This document shows, in pieces, positions 22,108-32,214 of a DNA stretch of 64,000 nucleotides (position 1 is its first letter; every line of letters starts with the position of its first letter). The stretch is from an uncultured Methanosarcinaceae archaeon. Lineage in GTDB: Archaea; Halobacteriota; Methanosarcinia; Methanosarcinales; Methanosarcinaceae. The position numbers and the translations under genes were made by a program. Location of the stretch: contig CAVTET010000004.1 in the NCBI GenBank assembly GCA_963733675.1, positions 352,001-416,000 on the forward strand, in the 5' to 3' direction. The notes under the pieces are model-generated. The model had not been told where the DNA came from and searched no databases. It saw only the letters and a list, made by a program, of their open reading frames with translations.

Positions 22108-24072
22108 ATGGAAATGAAGTATAAAATATTCCTTTTATCAATCAGCGTGATTTTACTGTCGGGGACTGCACTTGCAACATCTCTGACCTTGAAATCTACG
22201 GCACAGCCATATTACATTGATCCACAGCATAATTTGTGGCTCAAAGTTAACATGAATGGCAGAGCACACCATTTCAATGTGTACAATGCGCCTGGCTATT
22301 CCCCTAATGGGGATGCGGTCATGTGGACATGCGATAACTTTAGCTCAGGCAGCTTAAATACATCAAAGTGGACAGCTTACAAAGAAGGAAGCAATAGGTC
22401 AACAGTAGAAATACAGAATGGACATTTAGTATTGTCAGGCTCTGGCAACACATCTTCTGCAAATGTTGTGCTTAATAAACCATTTACAAATGGCATTGAA
22501 TTGGCAGTCAATGAAACATTAGCAGGGGGTACTCATGATGTTGGCACATTTACTGATGCTTCTTTTGGTGCAGGTACACTCGTAGGTGGGATAAGGGGAA
22601 CAGATTGGTGGCATACAAGATTCGCTACAGGTGGGGGCTCATTCCAAAGCCAGGGAATATATAATGCGATGATTTGGGCAAACTCAAACAGTTCGGATGT
22701 TAGTATGCCCACTCCTGGAATCAGATTAAGTGATTATGTAGAAGAGGGTATTCCACATACATTGGCATATAGTTATGATGCTTCTGGTAATGCAAATATG
22801 TACATGCTATATATAACTCAAAATCGTCTCCCTTTATCGATCCCTGATCCATATGGGTATAACCAGTTCAATCACCCATCTATCTATTTCAGTGAGACTG
22901 GTGTATTTGGTCACAAATGGTGGATGTTTGTCACACCATATGCATACTCTAACGATATATATGAAAATGCATGTTTGTACTATTCTGATGATGGATTAGT
23001 TTGGCATATACCACCTGGAGTGAGAAATCCTATAGGAACGCCAATAAAATCTGAGTATAACTCAAATGTCTATGGTTCTGATCCATATGGTTCTGATCCA
23101 CATGGTTCTGATCCTTATGGCTCTGATTCTCATCTCATATACAATCCTGATACTGGAAAATTCATGTGCTACTATGTAATTGGGGATGTAAGGAGTAATG
23201 AAACCGTAGAAGACCCGAAAGTCAAAATATATGATGGTATTACTGTTTCACCAGAAATAAATGTCACAGCTCATGGGGTATCACCCGCTGTTCTCTATGA
23301 TAAAGCCACAAAAACGTATTACATGTGGATTGTTGATATTGATCCTACTCCACATGTAATCTATAGATATACATCCACTGATGGTATACATTTTGGTAAT
23401 AAACAAGCTGTGAGTCAATCCAGTTCCTATTATCCTTGGCATATTAATGTGATGACTTATCCAGGTAAATCGACAATATATGCATTACTTACAATGTATA
23501 GTAAAGAAGGATTCACCAATAATCTGCATCTAGCTACTGCAAACAATTACACAGATAATTTCACAATTCAAAGCTCACCACTTCTAAAACTAAAGGACTC
23601 ATCATGTGCAACACATAAAGATGCTCTATTATACCGTAGTGCAGGTATATTTAGCGATGATGGAAAGCTCTTAAGACTCTGGATACCTGCACAAGATACT
23701 CTAGGGGCTTGGACTGTGTTTTACACTCAAGCAACTGAGAAAAATGGTGTATGGAAAGTTGGAGAGTTTACAACTCCCCGCGCACCACTTATGACAATCA
23801 AAAATACACAATATCTTTATACCCCAAAACAGTGGATGCTATCACAAGGCGATTCTCCAAAAAGTCATGGAGTCAAAAGAGAAATCAATGAAGTTTGGGG
23901 ATATAAAACAGGTCACACACCAAAAATAAACGCAAAAAATATGGGAACATATACTCAAATTGATGTTAAGCCAACCGATTTACAAAACGTGTCTAATTAC
24001 CAGGTAATGATCCCTGCTAGTATGCTTAACATATCATCACAGAGCGAGTCTCTGGATGTAGAGCGTGCATAA
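22108..24072 (+). CDS. Secreted/surface protein with a DUF2341/lectin-like domain and an inserted GH-like beta-propeller
   Basis: Signal peptide; PYYID..LWLKV..NGDAV..DNFS..LNTSKW; HPSIYF..WWMFVTPY, YSDDGLVW and TSTDGIHF (Asp-box-like). Confidence 0.8.
   Translation: MEMKYKIFLLSISVILLSGTALATSLTLKSTAQPYYIDPQHNLWLKVNMNGRAHHFNVYNAPGYSPNGDAVMWTCDNFSSGSLNTSKWTAYKEGSNRSTVEIQNGHLVLSGSGNTSSANVVLNKPFTNGIELAVNETLAGGTHDVGTFTDASFGAGTLVGGIRGTDWWHTRFATGGGSFQSQGIYNAMIWANSNSSDVSMPTPGIRLSDYVEEGIPHTLAYSYDASGNANMYMLYITQNRLPLSIPDPYGYNQFNHPSIYFSETGVFGHKWWMFVTPYAYSNDIYENACLYYSDDGLVWHIPPGVRNPIGTPIKSEYNSNVYGSDPYGSDPHGSDPYGSDSHLIYNPDTGKFMCYYVIGDVRSNETVEDPKVKIYDGITVSPEINVTAHGVSPAVLYDKATKTYYMWIVDIDPTPHVIYRYTSTDGIHFGNKQAVSQSSSYYPWHINVMTYPGKSTIYALLTMYSKEGFTNNLHLATANNYTDNFTIQSSPLLKLKDSSCATHKDALLYRSAGIFSDDGKLLRLWIPAQDTLGAWTVFYTQATEKNGVWKVGEFTTPRAPLMTIKNTQYLYTPKQWMLSQGDSPKSHGVKREINEVWGYKTGHTPKINAKNMGTYTQIDVKPTDLQNVSNYQVMIPASMLNISSQSESLDVERA
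23071..23130 (+). repeat. In-frame 15-bp tandem repeat x4 (YGSDP)
   Basis: TATGGTTCTGATCCA units; the paralogue has 4 diverged units at 40769-40828. Confidence 0.9.
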
Positions 24073-24422
24073 GTGCAAAATGTTAGGATATTATAAAATA
24101 TCTTATTATAAAATATCAGAATGTTATAAAGATAATTAGATATAATGTTGCTGTTAAAGTATCTGGTTTACCATCATTTTCATCCATTTTTTTCGTTTCG
24201 TGACATGATCATTATTCAGCACTTAATCGAAGATGTATGGTAACTTTTTACAACATGTCATTATTGACTTTTCGGATAGGTTTTTAGAGAAAAACAAAAA
24301 GTAAAGTTATTTTGGAACGTTATTTATATTGACTAAATCAATCCACTTAAGAAATAGGAGATGTACCACATCTCCAGAAGTCTGTGAGCTTGAAGATGAG
24401 ATGAGTTCGGATATGCTGATGT

Positions 24423-24680
24423 TTATGTAGCTTGTTTTGTTTCTGGATCTTTTGATGCTGTTTCTGGATCTTTTGCGGCATCAGCATTTCGCTTTTGAAT
24501 GTGTTGTGCAAATTGATAATATTTTCCAGATTTCTCGGTCTTGCCTTTTTGATACCATGAATTGAAAGTCTGATATGTAATTCCTGCAGCTTCAACAGCA
24601 AGCGAGAAAGTCAATCCGAGAGCTACACCATCGCCGATTTTCTATTGTACTTCATGAGTGAGCTTTGTAGGACGTGGCAT
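24423..24680 (-). pseudogene. Terminase-small-subunit-like HTH protein, amber at codon 13, 3'-truncated
   Basis: MPRPTKLTHEVQ*KIGDGVALGLTFSLAVEAAGITYQTFNSWYQKG..NADAAK; paralogue of 29196-29651. Confidence 0.65.
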
Positions 24681-25061
24681 GATAACACAGCTTTTTATTT
24701 TACATAGTTAATATGAGTAAGTCTTGTATTTAATGTTTCTTTAGTTCTTTTATGCACTAAGGCGGGGTTTTGACTAGATTAATCAAAAATGGGCCATTTT
24801 CAGGCGTTTTAAGACGTTTTTTTACCAAAGTAATATTCATAGGACTTCTGATAAATGTCTCACTCGCGAGCTTAGGTTAAGTCGTTTTTCGGCCAATTTC
24901 ATTCCCCATGTTTTAAATTTGGCTGCATGGTAAGTATCTACACGATATTTTTCCATATGATTTTATAACTTTACAATAGTAAAAATTATGTCTAATGAAA
25001 TATTTGCTTAAATTTTTAGCTAGAATTTCAATCCTATTCTATACTATTTAGTTATAACTAC

Positions 25062-26000
25062 TGCTATTTAGTATATATGCAAAAACTATATATTGAATCA
25101 AATATAGTTACAATTATAGGATCTCTCAACCTTTAATTAAACCTACTCATGGACTGCGGGCACCGGCATCCTGCAGTTTACAAGATCAACTTTTTTGACA
25201 TTCGACATCAGCCAAATTGCCTAAGCTTATAAAAAATTAATTTTAAGATAAATATTTTCCCTACACGATTGATACTTTATTGTTAGTTGGTTTTTTGAAA
25301 TATCTATTGTTTTGCTCTTAGTCTCCTTATTTACTTAATATATTTATAGTGAAAGTTAATGGCATATTTTATAGGATTTTGAGAAGAGTAAAATTCTACC
25401 CTACAATTGACTAACTTGATAAGGATCCCTATATTATAATTCATGTGATAAGAATCACGTAGTTTGAATATTAATTAGTTCAAATTAGTGCTATTTAGAC
25501 TATATGCAATAGATATATCACAAATCAAATAGAGTTATAAAGTATAGGTTTCCCCACCTTGTAGTAGACTTTCCATCGGGCTGTAGGTATCCCCGCAGCT
25601 CATAATATCCACTTCTTGATATCTAATATCAGCCCAGTCATCTAAGCTAATTGAATAAAGTAGGAAAAGATTGATTTTGGGACGATTTAAGGCGTTTTTT
25701 GAGTAGGTCAGAGTATTCCACCTTACATAGATTATAAGCCTGTCATAGGAACTGAGATGAAATCAGTGATTTGTGAGCATGAAAAGGCGTTCAGATGTTA
25801 TAATTCATGAGAACAGAATTATTTAATTTTATTTAGTGCTATTTAGAATATATGCAAAAAATATATATTCAATCGAATTTTGTTATATCCTATAGGTATT
25901 CTGGTACCTTGCAATAGATTCTCCAACAGGCTGCAGGATTCCCTACTCCTGCAGCTACAAGATCAACTTTTTTGACAATTAAAATCATCTTATTGAGCCA
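25062..26000 (+). repeat. Three diverged ~165-bp non-coding units with a conserved hairpin (candidate sRNAs)
   Basis: Units start at 25062, 25489 and 25837 with TGCTATTTAGnnTATATGCAA. Hairpins at 25152-25178, 25578-25601 and 25929-25956. Confidence 0.8.
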
Positions 26001-26363
26001 GATAATTAACAACAACTTATTTATATAGGAATATAACTTTTAGATTCTGACTCAGTTATCATAAATTTAGATTCTAAGTTATTTAATATAGAAAATTCCC
26101 GGAGAAATATTGGAAAAGTTAATAAATTTGTGATGTGTATCGAGATTTCCTAATAATTTAATACAAATGTATTTTTTGTAAAAGATTTCTGTGTCCTTAT
26201 TGACTTAGACTCTGTTTAGTTTCGGAGATGTATAATTTAAAAATTTGACGTTAGTTACAAGAGGCACTCATTTCTTTCAAACAGTTTAAGATTCCGGGAG
26301 AGATCTATATGAGACTATTTATAAATTAAGCTAATTTCCAATCACAGGCAAGGAAGGACATAT

Positions 26364-28202
26364 TTGAACGCTTTAATTCTTGTGCTCTTTTCATTGAGTG
26401 TATTTGCATTTGCCTACAGATATTATAGCCTTTTTATAGCGACTAAAGTTTTAGAAATTAATCCTAGCAAGTAAACAACAGCAAAAACTATGGCTGATGG
26501 ACACGATTATCATGAAACCGATAGATATGTGCTATTTGGCCATCACTTTGCAGCGATTGCCGCAGCTGGACCCCTTATCGGGCCTGTTCTTGCTGCACAG
26601 TTTGGATATCTACCTGGAGCACTTTGGATAATAATCGGAGCGGTAGTTGCAGGAGCGGTCCATGATATGGTAGCACTCTTTGCATCGGTGAGGTACCAGG
26701 GCCGAAGTTTGCCCTTGATTGCTAAGGAAGAAATTGGAAGTAAAGCTGGTACTGTGGCTTCTTTCGCCGTATTATTTATTTTAATATTGACTCTTGCTGG
26801 ATTATCTATATCTGTTGTTAATGCATTATTTAATAGCCCTTGGGGTATATTCACGGTTTTTTGCACCATACCTATTGCTCTACTTATGGGATTTTACATT
26901 CATATTCTGAGGCCTGGAGATGTGAAAGGGGGAAGTGTTTTAGGTGTAATTCTGCTAGCTTTGGTATTATATTTCGGCCCTTACGTGGCTGCCAATCCTG
27001 TGCTAGCTTCAATGCTCACATTTTCTCAGAATTCTTTAGCATTATCAATTCCTATATACGGTTTCATCGCTTCGATACTGCCAGTTTGGCTGTTACTTTG
27101 TCCAAGAGACTATCTATCTACCTATCTAAAAGTTGGAACTATTTTAGTCCTTGCACTAGAGATATTTGTGGTTCATCCTGAAATGAATATGCCTGCGATG
27201 ACCAGTTATGTGCATGGTGGAGGACCAGTTACCAGGCGCAGGCAGTTTTCCCATTCTTGTTTATTACAATAGCCTGCGGTGCCATATCTGGCTTTCATTC
27301 TATTATTGCCACAGGTACTACACCCAAGATGATATCTAGTGAAAAAGATATCCGTTTTATTGGGTACGGCGCCATGATGGTCGAAGGCTTCGTAGCTATA
27401 ATGGCCTTGATCGCAGCTTGTGTTCTTTTGCCACAAGATTACTTTGCCATAAATGCTTCAGGGCCGGCCTATGCTTCGCTAGGCATGACACCAGTACATC
27501 TCCCTGCTTCTTGCCATTTCTGTGGGAGAAAATCTATTAGGAAGAACCGGGGGTGCGGTATCTATGGCCGTAGGAATGGCTTATATTTTTTCATCTCTTC
27601 CCTTCATGAAAGGGCTTATAGCCTACTGGTACCACTTTGCCATAATGTTTGAAGCTCTGTTTATTCTGACTGCTGTCGATACTGGAACTCGGGCTGGCAG
27701 ATACCTGCTGCAAGAGATGGTGGGTAAAGCAATTCCCAAATTCAGCGAGAAGAAATGGGTTCCAGGCATTGTTATAACCAGTTTGGTTTTCACTGCATCA
27801 TGGGGATATCTGCTTTATACTGGGAACATAACCACTATCTGGCCAATATTTGGTATGTCTAATCAATTACTGGCAGCATGTGCACTAATTATAGGCACAA
27901 CTATGATACTAGGTATGGGCAAGGGTAAGTATGCTCTAATCACAGCTGTCCCAGGGTTGTTCATGATACCTGTTACTTTCAGCGCTGGATATTTGAATAT
28001 TGTTACAAACTATATGCCTAAGGGACTATACCTATTGGTCTTCCTGACTGCCATACTGATGTTCCTTACAGCTATCATATTCATAGAAGCTTTCAAGAAA
28101 TGGTATAAACTTATTCAGGTTCATAACAAACCCATTAACGGATCCGGCCGTATGCCGATCAAGTTTAATCAAGGAGAGTTCTGCGAACAGCCGAAAATAT
28201 GA
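26364..28202 (+). pseudogene. cstA: Carbon starvation protein A (CstA) transporter pseudogene
   Basis: VLFGHHFAAIAAAGPLIGP, LPVWLLLCPRDYLS and [13 protein letters not shown] motifs. TAA at 26472, frameshifts near 27230 and 27510. Confidence 0.9.
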
Positions 28203-29195
28203 GAATTTAGGTTTATTAGATTGCTTGCTTCGCAGGCGATTTTTGACCTTTATTCATTTTTCCTTAATTTTTTCACCAGGGTTATACAAGACCATTACTT
28301 CCATCCCCTAGCCTTCTGTTTTTTCATTTACATGTAAGAAAATATTATTTTCATCTTTTTTTTGTTCATCACCAACTACCATAACTACCTATATTGTTTA
28401 CAACTCTCTTTAATCATTACTTAAAAATCAAATAATATTTCATCAGTAAGATAATAATTATGTATTTGTTATGTGACTTTGCAAGACAGCAAGTAGAATA
28501 TATCCATTCAATATCTCTCGGAATTATTAATTTCTGTTTGACAGTATGTAACTGGTTAAGTCTGGTTACGGTTTATGATGCCAAAACTATAGAGTCTGTT
28601 TCATTTTTATCTCCAGATAAGCGAAAACTCAAAGGAATTTTCTCTTTTACCTAATACAGCCATGCTAGATTAAAATTTCACCATTCTTCAACTAATCCAT
28701 GCATTTGAAAGATTCAGCTTGCTTCAAAAGTGAATATGCTTATAGCTTATATTCTATCCGAAAAGTCCTTAATGGCATGTTGGAAAGTATTTAGACAGGA
28801 GCATTACATACACACCAATTTTGTGAGCTCATTAGAAGCCCATGGAGAAGTTTGAATCATATAGCTAATAGATAATAATCATTAACTCATTAAAAATTAT
28901 GCTTAGAAGAATTGTAAGAATGTGATTTTATAATTATTATATCGTATATTATTTTCAAAATAACAAAGATGAAATTTTTGGATGCCAAGAGTAGTCTTCT
29001 TGAATTCGAAAAATAATTTCTTTTTTATGAGACTTCTTTAAAAGACAAAGCTAGATTAAAACTTAAAAGTGTTTTTCTTATGCGCTGAAAGTTAGTTTTT
29101 GAACTTCTGCGGGGCTGATCGGTAAAGTGAAATAAACAGATCAAATAAATCCGACCTTATAGTCGTAAATATAAAAGAGAGATCGGTTACTGATT

Positions 29196-29651
29196 TTAAG
29201 GCAGTATTTGATGTAGTGTAGTCTCATGCAAGGACTTATCAAATTTTTCTAGAATTTTTTTCCTAATTCCATCTGTATCATTGATAGTTAACTCTATATT
29301 TTCGTTTTTATTTTCTGATACAACATCCATTTTTCTGTACACACGCCTGCCAAAACAATCAGGGAAACGTCGCTCCAGTATCCACATGCAAACCTGGCAA
29401 TTTCCAGCTGCAGTTGCATCATTTAACTGTTCAAGACGTTTCTTAGCCCCGTCCGCATTACATTTTGGGATATATTGATAAAACTAATTATATTTCTCAG
29501 ATTTATCTGTCTGCCCCCTTTTCGGCCAAAGATTTAGCGTCTTGTATGTTATTCCAACGGCTTCAGCAGCAAGAGAGTATGTGAGTCCCAAAGCAACATT
29601 CTCGCCGATTCTTTGTTGCAGCCCAGGAATTAACTTAGTAGGGCGTACCAT
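29196..29651 (-). CDS. Terminase-small-subunit-like protein, 151 codons with a single in-frame TAG (29484-29486)
   Basis: GGTGA RBS; MVRPTKLIPGLQQRIGENVALGLTYSLAAEAVGIT..KYN*FYQYI..MWILERRFPDCFGRR reads in one frame. Confidence 0.65.
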
Positions 29652-30386
29652 AAATTCACCGTTTTACTTTACAATTAATATTGGTTAGTCTTGTACTTTA
29701 ATATTTAGTTAGTTTTGTTCTGTATAGAAACGGGGCTTATACCAGTTAAATCGACAATGAACCATTCTCAAACGCTGTAAACTATTTTATTGATTCGGGT
29801 AGTGATCTCATGGAACTTCGATTAGAAGGTTCTGTAGTAATCCCAGATTAAATCATTGTTTAGATAAATGAAATGCCCATGATTTTGCTGCAACGATACG
29901 GTAAGTAACCACGAGACATTTTTCATACGTTTTTATTCAGTTAAACTAATAAAAAGCTGTTCAATAAAAATAGTTATTCAGGTTTTGAGAGAGAATTTCG
30001 CCTAAACTTCAGATTCCTTAGTTTTTAGGTCGTGAAATAAAAATATATTCAAAAAAAGTCAAAATACTTAAACACCACAGATTTATGAGAAGTATATAGT
30101 AAAACGACCGATTGTGGGGCGATTTAAGACATTTTTTTCAGCAAGTTGAGTAATTAACATTAGATTAATTATGAACTCGTTGTAGGGGGTTGAAATCAAG
30201 CCCAGGAACCGGTAAACTTTCTGATATTTAGACTGATATTATTCATTTTTTGTTGGTATGCGAACATTTGCCCTAGCTTCATCGTAAATTGGCTTGATCG
30301 CCTACTATGAGATTGTTTCCCAGAATTCATGCTTGAAATGTAAAAATCAAGAGCCTATAAGGGTCAGGTCCCCCCCAGAATCACTG

Positions 30387-30416
30387 ATATCAATATCAAT
30401 ATCAATATCAATATCA
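30387..30416. repeat. Microsatellite (ATATCA)5
   Basis: Read directly from the sequence. Confidence 0.9.
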
Positions 30417-30491
30417 ATAAAAAGGAAAGATAGTATTTTGAGTTCCTACCATTCTCAAGCTTTTACCGTCCCTTCAGGCGCCATTATTCGA

Positions 30492-30836
30492 TTATTTGAC
30501 ATATGTTTTTAAAGTGGGGTACTCTTCATAACAATTGTCACATACAACAGTTACAGTGGGACTTTTACCCCGTTGTCTTACAGTTTGTATCATCCCACAT
30601 TTTTCTAACTCGTCCAATGCTTTCGGAAAAGCCCAATCAGGGATAGGTAGAAATGAGTTTATTCCCTTCTGGGTGACTACTAAATCATTAGATTTCTTCA
30701 CCCCTTTTAAATGCCAGATATACATAGCCACCCTATATGTATGCCCAAATGAATTGGAAGATAACTTTACAATCCATTCTGAAGGCATTTGAGATATGAA
30801 AGACCCCTTTATTTTATCTTTAGAATTTACTAGCAT
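30492..30836 (-). CDS. Winged-helix DNA-binding protein of mobile-element type
   Basis: VAMYIWHLKGVKKSNDLVVTQ..KALDELEKCGMIQTVRQRGKSPTVTV fits a wHTH wing pattern. Confidence 0.6.
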   Translation of the reverse strand: MLVNSKDKIKGSFISQMPSEWIVKLSSNSFGHTYRVAMYIWHLKGVKKSNDLVVTQKGINSFLPIPDWAFPKALDELEKCGMIQTVRQRGKSPTVTVVCDNCYEEYPTLKTYVK

Positions 30837-30934
30837 ACTTTACCCCATTTAATATTACTTCTAAATATTAAGAAGAAAGAAATGAGTTATACTAAAGAAA
30901 TATAAGTAGTAAAACAGACATCATAAGACTTTAG

Positions 30935-31046
30935 AATTTAGCTGCACAGCTAATTAATTTTAGCTGCAGGGCGAAATATATTTTGCTGGGTAGCTAATTA
31001 ATATTGCTCTACAGCTAAATTGGGATTAGGTTCTACAGCTAAATTG
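30935..31046. repeat. Cluster of direct and inverted CAGCTAA(A)TT repeats (iteron/operator-like)
   Basis: Six copies, including TCTACAGCTAAATTG at 31008 and 31032. Confidence 0.7.
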
Positions 31047-31392
31047 AAAAGTCTGGCAAAAATCTTTGAGCCTCATTTATGGTGGTTTTTACTCTTGTTT
31101 TACCTCTGTGAGTATTCGCATAATAAGATTCCAGGTTTCAGCACCTTTTAGGACTATCTAAATATTATTAATAATTTTTAGCAATACTGATTTTAAACTC
31201 TGTTAATGTCTATTCACAATGTGTTAGCGAAGCAAAAAGATGGGGTTTGACACAGAAGTGAGTTAATTTAATAGAAATGATGCTTAAAAATAATAGTTAA
31301 AACGTTTGATAGTTTCGATGTGATACAAATAAATCATACCGAAGGCTACAAAAAGATTGGGGGAGCAACGCTATCATCTTTTAGTTTAATTC

Positions 31393-31896
31393 TCATAACG
31401 TCTTTGAACCTGAGAATTTTAACAATGAACTTAATAATAAGTCGGCAGATTCCCCTTTTATAATAAGTACTGCTTTTCTCGAGTGTCTAATCACATTTTC
31501 GGCTACACTTCCGACCAGGAATCTCTGGAGTTCAGTTTTTTCGTGTGTGCCCATAACGATAAGGTCGATGTCGTTATTTTCTGCAAAATCTATAATCTCA
31601 TTTGCAGGATTTCCTTCAATAATTACAGATTCTACATCAATATTTGCAGCTTTTCCAACGTTCTCGACATAAGCTGTTGCCTTCTCACCCTTTATCATGA
31701 GTTGCTTTTTCATTGTCTTTTTCCATTTCTCATCTAAGGAATGAATTATTGAATAACTCCCAATTGCGATAACGTGTACAGCATATAATTTTGCCTCACT
31801 TAATTTTGCAATTTCAACTGCTGACTTAACTGCTTGTTTTACCAATTCTGAACCGTCGGTTGCAACCATTATCTTCCTGAAAATTGCACTTTTCAT
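31393..31896 (-). CDS. Universal stress protein
   Basis: KIMVATDGS..GNPANEIIDFAE..DLIVMGT..VGSVAENVIRHS. Confidence 0.93.
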   Translation of the reverse strand: MKSAIFRKIMVATDGSELVKQAVKSAVEIAKLSEAKLYAVHVIAIGSYSIIHSLDEKWKKTMKKQLMIKGEKATAYVENVGKAANIDVESVIIEGNPANEIIDFAENNDIDLIVMGTHEKTELQRFLVGSVAENVIRHSRKAVLIIKGESADLLLSSLLKFSGSKTL

Positions 31897-32048
31897 TTCT
31901 AATTCCCCTTTTCCATTTCGTTTTTTACATCAATATAGGATAATACGCACTTATGATGCAAAATCAAATATCTTAACCGGCATAGTTAAAATTTGAATTT
32001 CATAAAATTGTTAATTTGCTGTTATTGGTTTGTACTTCAAATGCGTCT

Positions 32049-32156
32049 GACACCTGCAGAACGCAGGGATAAAGCTGGGAACATATTCTTATAAAAGAAA
32101 TGGTTCAACCAGGAAGCATCTTCCTCGCTACGAAGCAGAAGGGAGAGGGGGTTCGC
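32049..32156 (+). mobile_element. Orphan IS200/IS605 (tnpB) right end / omegaRNA-like remnant
   Basis: CACCTGCAGAACGCAGGGA ... AACCAGGAAGCATCTTCCTC..GAAGGGAGAGGGGGTTCGC resembles the tnpB 3' tail, which normally ends in a hairpin plus GGTTCAC. Confidence 0.6.
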
Positions 32157-32214
32157 TGAAGAACAAAACACTTGCATGCAAAGTTTTCTACTTCAGATAA
32201 AGTCCGCACTTTTA

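Noticed and set aside
25062-26000. CRISPR array
   Set aside because: The units are long, diverged and irregularly spaced. There are no identical 25-40 bp repeats and no cas genes in the window.
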